DNA of 51,525 nucleotides, from positions 1-51,525 of the forward strand of contig NYTS01000060.1 in the NCBI GenBank assembly GCA_002683655.1, read 5' to 3'. The notes beneath the pieces are model-generated. The model was given only the letters and a program-made list of their open reading frames with translations, ran no database searches and was not told the origin of the DNA. Each line of letters starts with the position of its first letter. Within the stretch, counting starts at the first letter, position 1. The stretch is from Deltaproteobacteria bacterium. GTDB lineage: Bacteria; SAR324; NAC60-12. Positions 29,368 to 39,165 of the stretch are shown here, piece by piece. The position numbers and the translations under genes were made by a program.

Positions 29368-30935
29368 TTCGGGTCGAAAATCTTTCAATCCACTTCCCAC
29401 AAGGCAATCAAAAAGTTGAAGCTGTCAAAGGAATCTCCTTTGAGGTGGGTTCACAGGAAACAGTAGCTTTGGTCGGAGAAAGTGGTTCTGGAAAATCAGT
29501 GACTGCTCATGCCGCTTTAAAGCTTTTACCACCCCAAGCCCAATGTGGTGGAAAGATTTGGCTTAGGGAGGAGGATCTACTTGATGCCTCAGAATCGAGG
29601 ATGTGCCAAGTGAGAGGGCAGGAAATTGGGATGATCTTCCAAGAACCAATGACATCCCTCAATCCCCTGCATACGATTAGACATCAGATAAGCGAAGCGG
29701 TCCTTTGGCATCATGGTGTAAGTCAGTCTAAAGCAGAAAGTGTGGCTTTGGACTGGCTTGAAAGAGTCGAGATTCCACAAGCCAAGCAACGGTTGCGATC
29801 CTACCCTCATGAACTATCAGGAGGGCAGCGTCAACGCGTGATGATTGCTATGGCATTGGTCAATAATCCCAAGCTACTAATCGCTGATGAGCCTACTACT
29901 GCTCTTGATGTGACGATTCAGGCTCAGATCCTGGATTTGCTGAAAACGCTTCAGCAGGATATGGGCATGTCAGTTCTCCTGATCACTCATGACTTGGGAA
30001 TAGTTAAACATCATTCAGACCGAGTAGTTGTTCTCTACAATGGTGTCTTGCAGGAAACTAATACTACTAAAGTCCTTTTTGCCAACCCAAATCAGCCATA
30101 CACAAAACAACTTTTAGACTCTGAACCGTCTGGTGATCCAGCTGAAATGATGGATGGTGCTGAAACAATTCTGAGGGTTGAAAATTTGAAGGTTTGGTTC
30201 CCAATTAAGCGTGGAATCCTGCAGAGAACAGTCGACCATATCAAGGCCGTCAATGGCGTAACTTTCTCAATTTGCGAGGGAAGGTCACTCGGAATAGTCG
30301 GTGAGAGTGGATCTGGTAAATCTACTTTGGGAATGGCTTTACTTCGTCTGATCAGTAGCGATGGAAAAATTAGTTTTCAACAGCAGGAATTGGATGGGCT
30401 TAATCGTCTTGAAATGCGTCCATTCCGCAAAAAAATGCAGGTCGTTTTTCAAGATCCTTTTGGAAGTTTGAGCCCAAGAATGTCAGTGGGTGATATCATC
30501 GTAGAAGGCTTAAGATTGCATGGTGACATCTCTGCAGAAGAACAGGAAAAACGAGTTGTAGGGGTGATGCAGGAAGTAGGACTGAACCCCGAACTTCGTT
30601 TTAGGTATCCCCATGAATTCTCAGGTGGTCAACGGCAAAGAATTGCCATAGCACGGGTGTTGGTCTTGCACCCACAATTTTTGATTTTGGATGAGCCAAC
30701 TTCGTCCTTGGACCGCTCAGTTCAAGGGCAGGTATTGAATCTACTGAGGAACCTTCAAGAAAAGTACAAACTGACTTATCTTTTCATCTCGCATGACCTG
30801 AAAGTGATAAAAGCAATTTGTCATGAGGTTTTGGTAATGAGAGAAGGTGAAGTTGTGGAATCAGGACCCACGGAAGTTGTACTCAACAATCCAAGACATG
30901 AGTACACAAGATTGCTTTTAGATGCTGTTCTGTAG
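29364..30935 (+). CDS. yejF: Dual-domain peptide ABC transporter ATP-binding protein (YejF-like)
   Basis: Two ABC modules (GESGSGKS twice, LSGGQRQR/FSGGQRQR, DEPT) and KVWFPIKRGILQRTVDHIKAV. Confidence 0.85.
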   Translation: MIRVENLSIHFPQGNQKVEAVKGISFEVGSQETVALVGESGSGKSVTAHAALKLLPPQAQCGGKIWLREEDLLDASESRMCQVRGQEIGMIFQEPMTSLNPLHTIRHQISEAVLWHHGVSQSKAESVALDWLERVEIPQAKQRLRSYPHELSGGQRQRVMIAMALVNNPKLLIADEPTTALDVTIQAQILDLLKTLQQDMGMSVLLITHDLGIVKHHSDRVVVLYNGVLQETNTTKVLFANPNQPYTKQLLDSEPSGDPAEMMDGAETILRVENLKVWFPIKRGILQRTVDHIKAVNGVTFSICEGRSLGIVGESGSGKSTLGMALLRLISSDGKISFQQQELDGLNRLEMRPFRKKMQVVFQDPFGSLSPRMSVGDIIVEGLRLHGDISAEEQEKRVVGVMQEVGLNPELRFRYPHEFSGGQRQRIAIARVLVLHPQFLILDEPTSSLDRSVQGQVLNLLRNLQEKYKLTYLFISHDLKVIKAICHEVLVMREGEVVESGPTEVVLNNPRHEYTRLLLDAVL

Positions 30936-30957
30936 TTAGAGCTTACAAGGAGAATCC

Positions 30958-32025
30958 TTGGCTGAACAAGATGGTCAGGAGAAAACAGAAGCCCCGACCG
31001 AACGCAAGCGGGAAAAAGCCCGCGAAGATGGTCAGGTTGCTTCCAGTAAGGAATTGCCCTCAGCCGCATTATTAGCAGCTGCTACCCTCTCATTCATGGT
31101 AATGGGGCAGAATATCCTCACTGCTGCACAGAGTATGTTTGCTGACATCATGAGAGAGCCCATTCGTTCAGATATGAATGTTAACGTGCTCTATGATCTG
31201 ATGGCGACCTCTGTCAGCAAAATCCTCATTCCTCTCATCCCTTTTGCAATTCTTCTTGTAGTTGTAGCGATATTTTCATCAATTCTTCAGGTCGGTGTTC
31301 GCTTCACACTGAAGCCGATTGCTCCAAAATTTAGCAAGTTAAGTCCTCTTCAGGGTCTAAAGCGAATTTTTGGAACCCAAGGGTTGATGGAATTGCTGAA
31401 GAGCCTGGCAAAATTACTGCTCATTGGTTTCATTGGTTTCATCACTTTCGAAGAAGAGATGGGGAGGATCAATGCGCTTGCGTTGATTACCCCAGCACAG
31501 ATCGTATTTTATAATTTCTCTGTCATCATCGAAGTCACAGGGCGTATGGTTTTAGCCCTGATTGCGATTGCAATTTTTGATTTCATGTATCAGCGCTGGC
31601 ATTTCGAACAACAGTTGAAAATGACTAAGCAGGAAGTTAAGGATGAAGCAAAGCAGTCAGAGGGGGATCCCCAATTAAAAGCAAGGATTCGTCAAATCCA
31701 GAGAGAAATGTCGAATGCTCGGATGATGCAGGAAGTTCCAAAGGCAGATGCAATTGTGGTAAATCCAACTCATTATGCTGTAGCACTGAAATATAATCGA
31801 GAGAGTATGAATGCACCCCAAATAGTTGCGAAGGGTATAGATTATATGGCTCTTAGGATAAGAAAAGTAGCTGATCAAAATGATGTCCCTATTCTGGAAA
31901 GACCTCAACTGGCTCGGGATCTTTACGCAGGTGTGGAAATTGGACAGGTCATTCCGGAGCGATTCTTTAAAGCAGTTGCAGAAATTCTTGCCTACGTTTA
32001 TCGTCTCCGAAGAAGGAAAAGGTAA
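30958..32025 (+). CDS. flhB: Flagellar export protein FlhB
   Basis: EKTEAPT.RKR.KAREDGQV, MTKQEVKDE.KQSEGDP and the NPTH autocleavage motif. Confidence 0.96.
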   Translation: MAEQDGQEKTEAPTERKREKAREDGQVASSKELPSAALLAAATLSFMVMGQNILTAAQSMFADIMREPIRSDMNVNVLYDLMATSVSKILIPLIPFAILLVVVAIFSSILQVGVRFTLKPIAPKFSKLSPLQGLKRIFGTQGLMELLKSLAKLLLIGFIGFITFEEEMGRINALALITPAQIVFYNFSVIIEVTGRMVLALIAIAIFDFMYQRWHFEQQLKMTKQEVKDEAKQSEGDPQLKARIRQIQREMSNARMMQEVPKADAIVVNPTHYAVALKYNRESMNAPQIVAKGIDYMALRIRKVADQNDVPILERPQLARDLYAGVEIGQVIPERFFKAVAEILAYVYRLRRRKR

Positions 32026-32063
32026 AAATGATTTGCCACGGAAAGCTCGGATTCACCCCTATA

Positions 32064-32080
32064 TTGGGGTAAAAATTGCA
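32064..32080 (+). promoter_or_regulatory. Candidate sigma54 (-24/-12) promoter upstream of flhA
   Basis: TTGG-GGTAAAAATT-GCA has GG(32066-67)-N10-GC(32078-79) with TTGC, in the 139-bp flhB-flhA gap. Confidence 0.4.
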
Positions 32081-32164
32081 AGTTGCCCTCAAATTTATTC
32101 AATTCAGCAAATTAGTGATTTTAAATTATCATCAAATAGTTATTTCTCTTTTGGGAATTATTAG

Positions 32165-34261
32165 GTGGCCGTAGGAAGCAACTCAGCTAGTCTGAACGGT
32201 TTGTCCAGAAATTCTGATGTCTTACTGGCAGTAGGGGTGATCTCAGTTTTGATGATCATGGTAGTTCCCCTACCAGAAATTCTAATGGATTTGCTGCTCG
32301 CGCTCAGTATTACACTTGGGGTTCTGATCCTTTTCGTTGCTCTCTTCACAGCAAACGCGCTTGAGTTCTCTTCCTTCCCGACGGTCCTCTTAATTGCGAC
32401 TCTCTTTAGGCTATCACTCAATGTTGCCTCCACTAGATTGATCCTCTTGAATGGCAACAAAGGCTATGACGCCGCTGGAACAGTGATTAAGTCATTTGGA
32501 GAATTTGTTGTTGGTGGGAATCAGATTGTTGGAATCATCGTATTCTTAATCCTAGTTCTCATCAATTTCGTGGTCATTACAAAGGGTGCAGGCCGTATTG
32601 CAGAGGTTGCCGCTAGATTTACTCTGGATGCTATGCCAGGTAAGCAGATGGCGATTGATGCAGATTTGAATGCTGGACTCATTGACGAAACGCAAGCACG
32701 TCAACGACGTCAATACGTGCAGCGAGAGTCTGATTTCTATGGAGCAATGGACGGGGCCAGCAAGTTTGTTCGTGGTGATGCAATTGCGGGCTTAATCATT
32801 ACTACGATCAACATTCTTGGTGGTTTGTTGATAGGTGTAACTCAATTTGGGATGAGTTCGGGTGATGCCTTTGAGACCTACGCAACCCTAACCATTGGGG
32901 ACGGTTTGGTATCCCAAATACCCGCACTCATTATTTCAATTGCTGCCGGTATTGCAGTTACCAAGGCATCAGCAGAGAACAAGCTGTCTGTTGATCTGGG
33001 TAAACAAGTATTCAGTAATGCTCAGGCCCTAAATGTTTCAGCAGCTCTTCTTTTAGCTTTTGCAATTATTCCGGGTCTACCGGTTCTTCCTTTTCTAACC
33101 TTAGGGATTATTACAGGAGGACTAGCTTACCTTGCTAGGCAGGACAATTTCAGAAATCAACAAGCCGAAGAAGCACAGGCGCAACTCAAGCTACAGCAGG
33201 AGATTGAAGAAGAGCCCGAAAATATTGAGTCACTGCTGCCCATTGACCTGTTGGGTTTGGAACTGGGCTACGGACTGATTCCACTAGTTGACGAAGAACA
33301 AGACGGAGAATTACTGAAGAGAATTAAAGCTATCCGAAGACAGATGGCTACTGATTATGGCTATGTCGTTCCGCCAATGCACATCAAAGATAATCTCGAA
33401 CTCTCTCCAGGAGAATATTCGATTACCATCAAAGGAATCGAGGTAGCTCGTGCTGAATTGATGGTAGGGCACTTCATGGCTATGAAAACTGGAGAAGTTG
33501 ACGAGGAAATCGGTGGGGTGGATACTGTTGAACCAGCCTTTGGGTTGCCCGCAATTTGGATTACTTCCGAGGATGAAGAAAGAGCACAATTTGCTGGTTA
33601 TACCGTAGTTGATCTACCAACAGTATTAGCCACACACATCACTGAAATTCTCAAAAACCATGCTTTCGAATTTTTGGGCCGTCAGGAGACTCAGAAACTT
33701 TTAGATACCTTTGGTCAAAGTAATCCTAAGGTTATTGAGGAATTGGTTCCAGGGCAATTGAATTTAGGCGTGGTACAAAAAGTTTTACAGAATCTTCTGC
33801 GAGAACAAGTTTCCATCAGGGATCTGCATACAATATTGGAAACATTAGCGGATGTTGCTAACCTGACCAAAGATCCAAATCTGCTTACGGAACATGTTCG
33901 ACAAGCTCTATCAAGGCAATTAACACGGCAGTATCAGACACCTGATGGAATGCTGCCACTGATCACAATGAGTCAAGAACTTGAAAATCAAGTTGCTTCT
34001 TCCATACAGGACACGGGTCACGGTTCCTATTTGGGCTTGAATCCGAATATGGCTCAGTTAATTATCAATAATACTGAAGCGCTGATTGAGCAGTTTGAAA
34101 TAAATAACTACCAACCACTTCTACTTTGTTCACCACTTATTCGGCCCCACGTTAAGAAGCTTCTTGAACGATTTATTCCGAATTTGGTCGTCTTATCACA
34201 TAATGAAGTTGCCCCTGATGTCCGTATTGAGGCTCTCGGGGTGGTAGAATTGAACAATTAA
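32165..34261 (+). CDS. flhA: Flagellar export protein FlhA
   Basis: FHIPEP motif RIAEVAARFTLDAMPGKQMAIDADL and FYGAMDGASKFVRGDA. Confidence 0.97.
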   Translation: MAVGSNSASLNGLSRNSDVLLAVGVISVLMIMVVPLPEILMDLLLALSITLGVLILFVALFTANALEFSSFPTVLLIATLFRLSLNVASTRLILLNGNKGYDAAGTVIKSFGEFVVGGNQIVGIIVFLILVLINFVVITKGAGRIAEVAARFTLDAMPGKQMAIDADLNAGLIDETQARQRRQYVQRESDFYGAMDGASKFVRGDAIAGLIITTINILGGLLIGVTQFGMSSGDAFETYATLTIGDGLVSQIPALIISIAAGIAVTKASAENKLSVDLGKQVFSNAQALNVSAALLLAFAIIPGLPVLPFLTLGIITGGLAYLARQDNFRNQQAEEAQAQLKLQQEIEEEPENIESLLPIDLLGLELGYGLIPLVDEEQDGELLKRIKAIRRQMATDYGYVVPPMHIKDNLELSPGEYSITIKGIEVARAELMVGHFMAMKTGEVDEEIGGVDTVEPAFGLPAIWITSEDEERAQFAGYTVVDLPTVLATHITEILKNHAFEFLGRQETQKLLDTFGQSNPKVIEELVPGQLNLGVVQKVLQNLLREQVSIRDLHTILETLADVANLTKDPNLLTEHVRQALSRQLTRQYQTPDGMLPLITMSQELENQVASSIQDTGHGSYLGLNPNMAQLIINNTEALIEQFEINNYQPLLLCSPLIRPHVKKLLERFIPNLVVLSHNEVAPDVRIEALGVVELNN

Positions 34262-34282
34262 TTCCCTTTGTCGGACTGACAC

Positions 34283-35599
34283 ATGAATCTCAAACGCTAT
34301 CGCGTGAATAATATACAAGAAGCTCTGCAGTTGATCAAAAAAGATCTTGGTCCAGAAGCTGTTATTGTATCAACCCGGCAGGTGAAAGAGGGGAATAAGG
34401 CGTTTGGTCTATTTGCTAAAACAATGCTGGAAGTGACTGCTGCCCGAGATGACAAAAGCCAGGCAAAACCAAATATACAGGCCTCATCTCAAGCAACTGC
34501 GAGTGGATATCGAGCGACAGTAAATGGAATGCCTCGTACAGAGGGCGCTACTACAGTGGCAAGTCCTGAAATGCCAACACCGACTGCAAAGCCAGTACAG
34601 TCAAATCCTGCTTCTGATCCCTACAAAGCCCTGCAGCCGCTTCGTCAGGAGATTCAGGATCTGAGGGAACTGATTCAAAATCTTGGAGATCGTACAGCCA
34701 GCTATGAAGGACAAACTGTTGCCCAATTGAAACAAGAGTTGGGAGAAATGCGCTACATGCTGCATTCTCTAGCTTCCAGAACAGGGCAAATGGATGAGCT
34801 CAATCTCCCTGAAAATTTAATGGTACTGTACCAACAGCTTCGCTTCAGTGGAATGGAAGAGAAGTTTGCTAGAAGATTGATGTTGGAAGCTCAGAAAAAT
34901 ATTGCAGAAGATGATCTTCAAAATTTCTCTTATGTAAAAATTTTCATAGCAAGAATGCTCATGAAAATTGTTAAGACTACTAGAGGGGTTGAGAGCATTA
35001 CCGCTCCACAAAAGATTTTTACACTGATAGGTCCAACGGGTGTTGGGAAAACAACTACGGCTGCTAAGATCGCTTCTGAACAACTGCTTCGTTACAAGCG
35101 AAGAGTGGCAATGATCACTATTGACACATTTCGCATTGCTGCGGTAGAGCAGTTGCGAACTTACGCCAAAATCATCAATGTACCGCTTAGTATTGTATCT
35201 GATAAGGCGGATTTAGACCGCGCAATCGCAAGCTATTCAGATTACGATGTGATCATCATCGATACTGGCGGTTGTTCGCAGCGTGACGAGTCACAAATGT
35301 TTGAATTGCGAGAACTTTTTGATGAGCGAGGAAGGCTACACAATGTTTTGGTGTTGAGTTCGACAACTAAAGACAGCGATCTCAACGAAATTACTCGCCG
35401 TTTTGGGGTTATACCGATTGATAGTGTGATCTTCACAAAACTTGATGAGAGTTCTTCATATGGATCCATGTTCAATCACTCCATCCGTTTCAAGAAACCA
35501 ATCTCTTTCTTGACCACTGGTCAGAAGGTCCCTGAAGACATTGAAGTCGCTACGAAAGAGCGTTTGGTGGATTTGATGCTCAATATTTCTGGTAATTGA
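34283..35599 (+). CDS. flhF: Flagellar SRP-type GTPase FlhF
   Basis: LGPEAVIVSTR, GPTGVGKTTT.AK, DTFRIAA.EQL, TKLDE and GQKVPEDI. Confidence 0.95.
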   Translation: MNLKRYRVNNIQEALQLIKKDLGPEAVIVSTRQVKEGNKAFGLFAKTMLEVTAARDDKSQAKPNIQASSQATASGYRATVNGMPRTEGATTVASPEMPTPTAKPVQSNPASDPYKALQPLRQEIQDLRELIQNLGDRTASYEGQTVAQLKQELGEMRYMLHSLASRTGQMDELNLPENLMVLYQQLRFSGMEEKFARRLMLEAQKNIAEDDLQNFSYVKIFIARMLMKIVKTTRGVESITAPQKIFTLIGPTGVGKTTTAAKIASEQLLRYKRRVAMITIDTFRIAAVEQLRTYAKIINVPLSIVSDKADLDRAIASYSDYDVIIIDTGGCSQRDESQMFELRELFDERGRLHNVLVLSSTTKDSDLNEITRRFGVIPIDSVIFTKLDESSSYGSMFNHSIRFKKPISFLTTGQKVPEDIEVATKERLVDLMLNISGN

Positions 35600-35637
35600 G
35601 CTAATACAACCATATCCCCATTGTAAGAAAGCGCTCA

Positions 35638-36549
35638 ATGAACGACCAGGCAAGTTCTTTACGAAGGATTGTCGGGGAAAATACAACTACGTCGGATTCC
35701 ACCCGAGTAAAGGTACTTTGCATTACCAGTGGCAAGGGTGGTGTAGGGAAAACGAATATTTCCATTAACCTTTCAATTGCTTTGGCGTCAATGGGGCGTA
35801 AGGTCTTTCTGCTTGATGCAGATCTCGGCCTAGCAAATATTGATGTTTTATTAAACCTAACCCCAATGTACACTCTTGAACACGTACTCTCTGGGGAAAA
35901 GAGCATCAACGATATTATTTTGGATGGCCCGGGAGATATAAAAATCTTACCGGCAAGTTCAGGCGTGGTGGAAATGACTGAAATGGATCGTGATCAACAG
36001 GTCCATCTGTTCAGAAAACTCGGAGAAATTGAAAGAGAAATTGATTATTTGGTAATTGATACTGGTGCGGGTATCGCTCCCCACACACTGAGATTTGTTG
36101 CCAATTCTGACGAGGTTCTGATTGTAGCTACCCCAGAACCATCTTCGATGACAGATGCATACTCTCTAATCAAAATAATGGTGACGAGATACCAGATTAA
36201 TACATTTAGGGTAATTGCTAATAATGTTGTATCACCCGCCGAAGGGAGACAGGTTTACGAGAGGCTTCAAAAAGTCACCCGAGATTTTTTAAAGACAGAG
36301 ATTGATTTCATGGGGCATATTCTAAAAGATCCCCTACTGGTTAAATCAGTACGAACACAACGTCCATTACTACATTCTTTTCCTGAAGCCCCAGCTGCAA
36401 GATGTCTTGTTTCGATAGCCAGAGAAATTGAAAAAATCCACAAAGCTGCTGTTGCTGAAAGCCCAGAGTATATTGAGCAACCAGACAATGTTAATCGACA
36501 AAGAACTCCAAGTTTTTGGGAACGTCTAATAAGTTGGCGTACAAGCTGA
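35638..36549 (+). CDS. flhG: MinD-like flagellar number regulator FlhG/FleN
   Basis: DQA.SLR N-terminus, SGKGGVGKT, DADLGLAN and PEPSS.TDAY. Confidence 0.94.
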   Translation: MNDQASSLRRIVGENTTTSDSTRVKVLCITSGKGGVGKTNISINLSIALASMGRKVFLLDADLGLANIDVLLNLTPMYTLEHVLSGEKSINDIILDGPGDIKILPASSGVVEMTEMDRDQQVHLFRKLGEIEREIDYLVIDTGAGIAPHTLRFVANSDEVLIVATPEPSSMTDAYSLIKIMVTRYQINTFRVIANNVVSPAEGRQVYERLQKVTRDFLKTEIDFMGHILKDPLLVKSVRTQRPLLHSFPEAPAARCLVSIAREIEKIHKAAVAESPEYIEQPDNVNRQRTPSFWERLISWRTS

Positions 36550-36574
36550 AGATCTTACTCAGCCAAGGAAGGCA

Positions 36575-37330
36575 GTGAAAGCAAACCCCTATGCCGACAA
36601 ATCTCAACAAAGCCGAGAGCAACTCGTACTAAAATACGCCTCTCTGCTCAAGCGGATTGTAAGCCGAATGGCAAGTAGGTTTCCTCCAGAAGTTGATCCT
36701 GAGGAAGTCTATCAAGCTGGCATGATCGGTCTTCTAGATGCGGTAGACAAGTTTGATCCCTCGAGAGACATTCAATTTCAAACCTATGCTGAGTACCGAG
36801 TTAAAGGAAGTATTCTCGATGAATTACGGGCTCTGGATTGGGTACCCAGAGGAGTTCGTGCGGCGGCTACGGAATGGGAGAAAACTTGGAATGAGCAATG
36901 CAGCACATTAGGAAGAGAACCTTCTGATTCTGAGATGGCAACCAAGCTTGAGATGCCTTTGAATGAGTATCATGAGTTTGTTGCCCATGCTAACCCACTC
37001 TCTCTGGTAACACTAGATCACTTGGGAGGAGGGGGTGAAGATGAGGAAGGCCAGAGTCTATTGGATATCCTCCGAGATCCAGATGGCTCAGATCCCTTTT
37101 CAGAGTTGTCAATGCACCAACTCAAATGCCGTTTACAAGGGGCAATCGAGGAGTTATCAGAGAGGGAACAGACAATCCTCTCTCTTTATTATGTTGAAGA
37201 ACTCAACATGAAAGAGGTTGCAGCTGTTCTGGGTGTTGGTGAAGCACGTGTATCTCAACTGCACACAAAAATTATTTTGAAATTGCGAGCAAAATTACGA
37301 AGAGTAATTGAGGTTGAGAAAGTTGCTTGA
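36575..37330 (+). CDS. fliA: Flagellar sigma factor sigma28
   Basis: GLLDAVDKFDP, F.TYAEYRVKGSILDELRALDWVPR and LYYVEELNMKE..RVSQLH; follows flhFG. Confidence 0.94.
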   Translation: MKANPYADKSQQSREQLVLKYASLLKRIVSRMASRFPPEVDPEEVYQAGMIGLLDAVDKFDPSRDIQFQTYAEYRVKGSILDELRALDWVPRGVRAAATEWEKTWNEQCSTLGREPSDSEMATKLEMPLNEYHEFVAHANPLSLVTLDHLGGGGEDEEGQSLLDILRDPDGSDPFSELSMHQLKCRLQGAIEELSEREQTILSLYYVEELNMKEVAAVLGVGEARVSQLHTKIILKLRAKLRRVIEVEKVA

Positions 37331-37352
37331 AACTTAAGTAATTTCATAATCA

Positions 37353-37577
37353 ATGAACGTAGAAGCATTCGCTGAGACAAGACTGCAAGAAATGATTGAG
37401 TTTCAGCGACAGAAGCTGCTCAAGATTGCTAGAGAGATCCTACCTGGTCTAACCCCTGAAGATCTTCGGAATCCCCAAGATTTTCCTAATCTTATAAAAG
37501 ATCCACTATTTAACTATGAAGATGGCCTTCTTGCTGGCTATCTTGCTGTGCAAATCTCCATGCGATCTCGTCTATGA
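37353..37577 (+). CDS. Small hypothetical protein
   Basis: Fills the gap after fliA and overlaps the next ORF by ATGA; helical with the motif LTPEDLRNPQDFP.L..DP.FNYEDG. Confidence 0.65.
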   Translation: MNVEAFAETRLQEMIEFQRQKLLKIAREILPGLTPEDLRNPQDFPNLIKDPLFNYEDGLLAGYLAVQISMRSRL

Positions 37578-37912
37578 AAGAGATTAGATGGAATCGTGCT
37601 TTGCTTACGGAATTTTTGAGAAGCCATGCTCATCAGCAGATTTGTATCATGGACCAGAGGAGCAGAGCTTTCTTGGTCGGCATAATTCCGGCAGTATTTG
37701 AAATGGATCTTTGCAGTAGTTCACTTGCCGAAGCCTCACTAGATGTAGAGAATATGGGATGTGATGTTTCTCTCACAATGCATGAACAGTTTCTTGGAAT
37801 TCATCTACTGTTCTTTAGGCAGAATACCGAAGAACAAATTTTGTCTTTTCCATGGGAGATTCCTTATTCTTTGCTCCAACTAGATTTAGTTCCCAAAACA
37901 ATGGATGCTTGA
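37574..37912 (+). CDS. Hypothetical protein
   Basis: Translationally coupled (ATGA) to the upstream ORF and fills the gap before the aminotransferase; no motif recognised. Confidence 0.55.
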   Translation: MKEIRWNRALLTEFLRSHAHQQICIMDQRSRAFLVGIIPAVFEMDLCSSSLAEASLDVENMGCDVSLTMHEQFLGIHLLFFRQNTEEQILSFPWEIPYSLLQLDLVPKTMDA

Positions 37913-37936
37913 ATCGTTTTTTGAACAAGGTGTGAA

Positions 37937-39163
37937 ATGAATTCTGGATTTAATCAGGACTGTATAATCAAGCCTCCTGTTACCGAGCCATTGTCAAATA
38001 TTTTACCAAGTGAGCCTTTACTGCTGATGGGAGCTGGACCAGTTCCGATATCTCATGCGGTTTCGAGAGCAAATGGGGTAGTGATTAATCACCTTGGTGA
38101 GACGATGGACCGAGTCATCAAGAATCTGAAAGTAATGGCTGCGTATGCTTACCAAACGAAGAGTAATAAAATTATGGGAGTGTCAGGCCCTGCCTCGGCA
38201 TCCATTGAAATGGCTATTACGAACCTCCTCTGGCCAGGTCGTAAAGTACTCGTCTTAAAAGCAGGTACTTTCAGCGGTCGAATGGGAGAAATGGCAGAAG
38301 GGGTTGGAGCGGAGGTAGACTATATTGAACGATCAGATGCTAGCCCAATCAACGCAGAAATGGTTGAAGAAGCATTCAAAAAAAAGAAATATGATGTTTT
38401 GACAATGGTTCAGGGGGAAACTTCATGTGGAGTCAAGACTGTAGATTTTGCTGAAATTGCCAGGATTGCCAAGGAAAATGGGGCAATGGTGATAGGGGAC
38501 ACAGTCTGCACTTTAACAACAATGCCCATGGAGATGGATCAGTGGGGATTGGACGCAGCGATTTCCGGGGGCCAAAAAGGGCTTTCTTCCATTCCAGGTG
38601 TGTCAGTGATTGCCTTTTCTGAAGATGCTTGGAAATTTCTTGAGAAAAGATCAGTTCGGCAGCCACACTGGTGTTTTGATGCTGTTAGGTCTCAGAAGTT
38701 CTGGGGTCATCAACAATATCACTATACTGCCCCAGTTCCGGGAATTTTAGCACTGCACGAGGCACTTCGGCAGATTTGTGACGAGACATTGCCGGAGCGG
38801 TTTCAACGACATCTTGTCAGTTCAAAGGCTTTGCAAGCTGGTATCGAAGCAATGGGTTTGGAATTATTCATTCCAGAAAGCTACAGATTGAACTCTGTAG
38901 TTGCTATCAAGCTGCCCGATGGTGTCGACAGTGCGAAAATTAGAAAATCAATGGTGGATATGTTCCAAGTCGAAATTTCTGGATCATTTGGGTTAGACAT
39001 TGTTCGCATTGGGCAGATGGGGGAACAGTGTAGAGCACACAATCTCTTTAGAGTATTGTATGCTCTCGGAACCGCATGTGTGACTCACGGTGTCCCCTTA
39101 GATGTTAGCAATGGAATGGCGATTCTCGAAAAAAATCTTCAGCAACCAATCCTCCCTAACTGA
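37937..39163 (+). CDS. Class V PLP aminotransferase (alanine-glyoxylate/serine-pyruvate family)
   Basis: LMGAGPVP, VQGETSCGV, the PLP lysine in GGQKGL, YHYTAP and RIGQMG. Confidence 0.88.
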   Translation: MNSGFNQDCIIKPPVTEPLSNILPSEPLLLMGAGPVPISHAVSRANGVVINHLGETMDRVIKNLKVMAAYAYQTKSNKIMGVSGPASASIEMAITNLLWPGRKVLVLKAGTFSGRMGEMAEGVGAEVDYIERSDASPINAEMVEEAFKKKKYDVLTMVQGETSCGVKTVDFAEIARIAKENGAMVIGDTVCTLTTMPMEMDQWGLDAAISGGQKGLSSIPGVSVIAFSEDAWKFLEKRSVRQPHWCFDAVRSQKFWGHQQYHYTAPVPGILALHEALRQICDETLPERFQRHLVSSKALQAGIEAMGLELFIPESYRLNSVVAIKLPDGVDSAKIRKSMVDMFQVEISGSFGLDIVRIGQMGEQCRAHNLFRVLYALGTACVTHGVPLDVSNGMAILEKNLQQPILPN

Positions 39164-39165
39164 AT

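Noticed and set aside
32054-32071. Second CsoR operator before flhA
   Set aside because: The dyad is 3 bp wider than the copA operator and lacks the ATAC/GTAT flanks.
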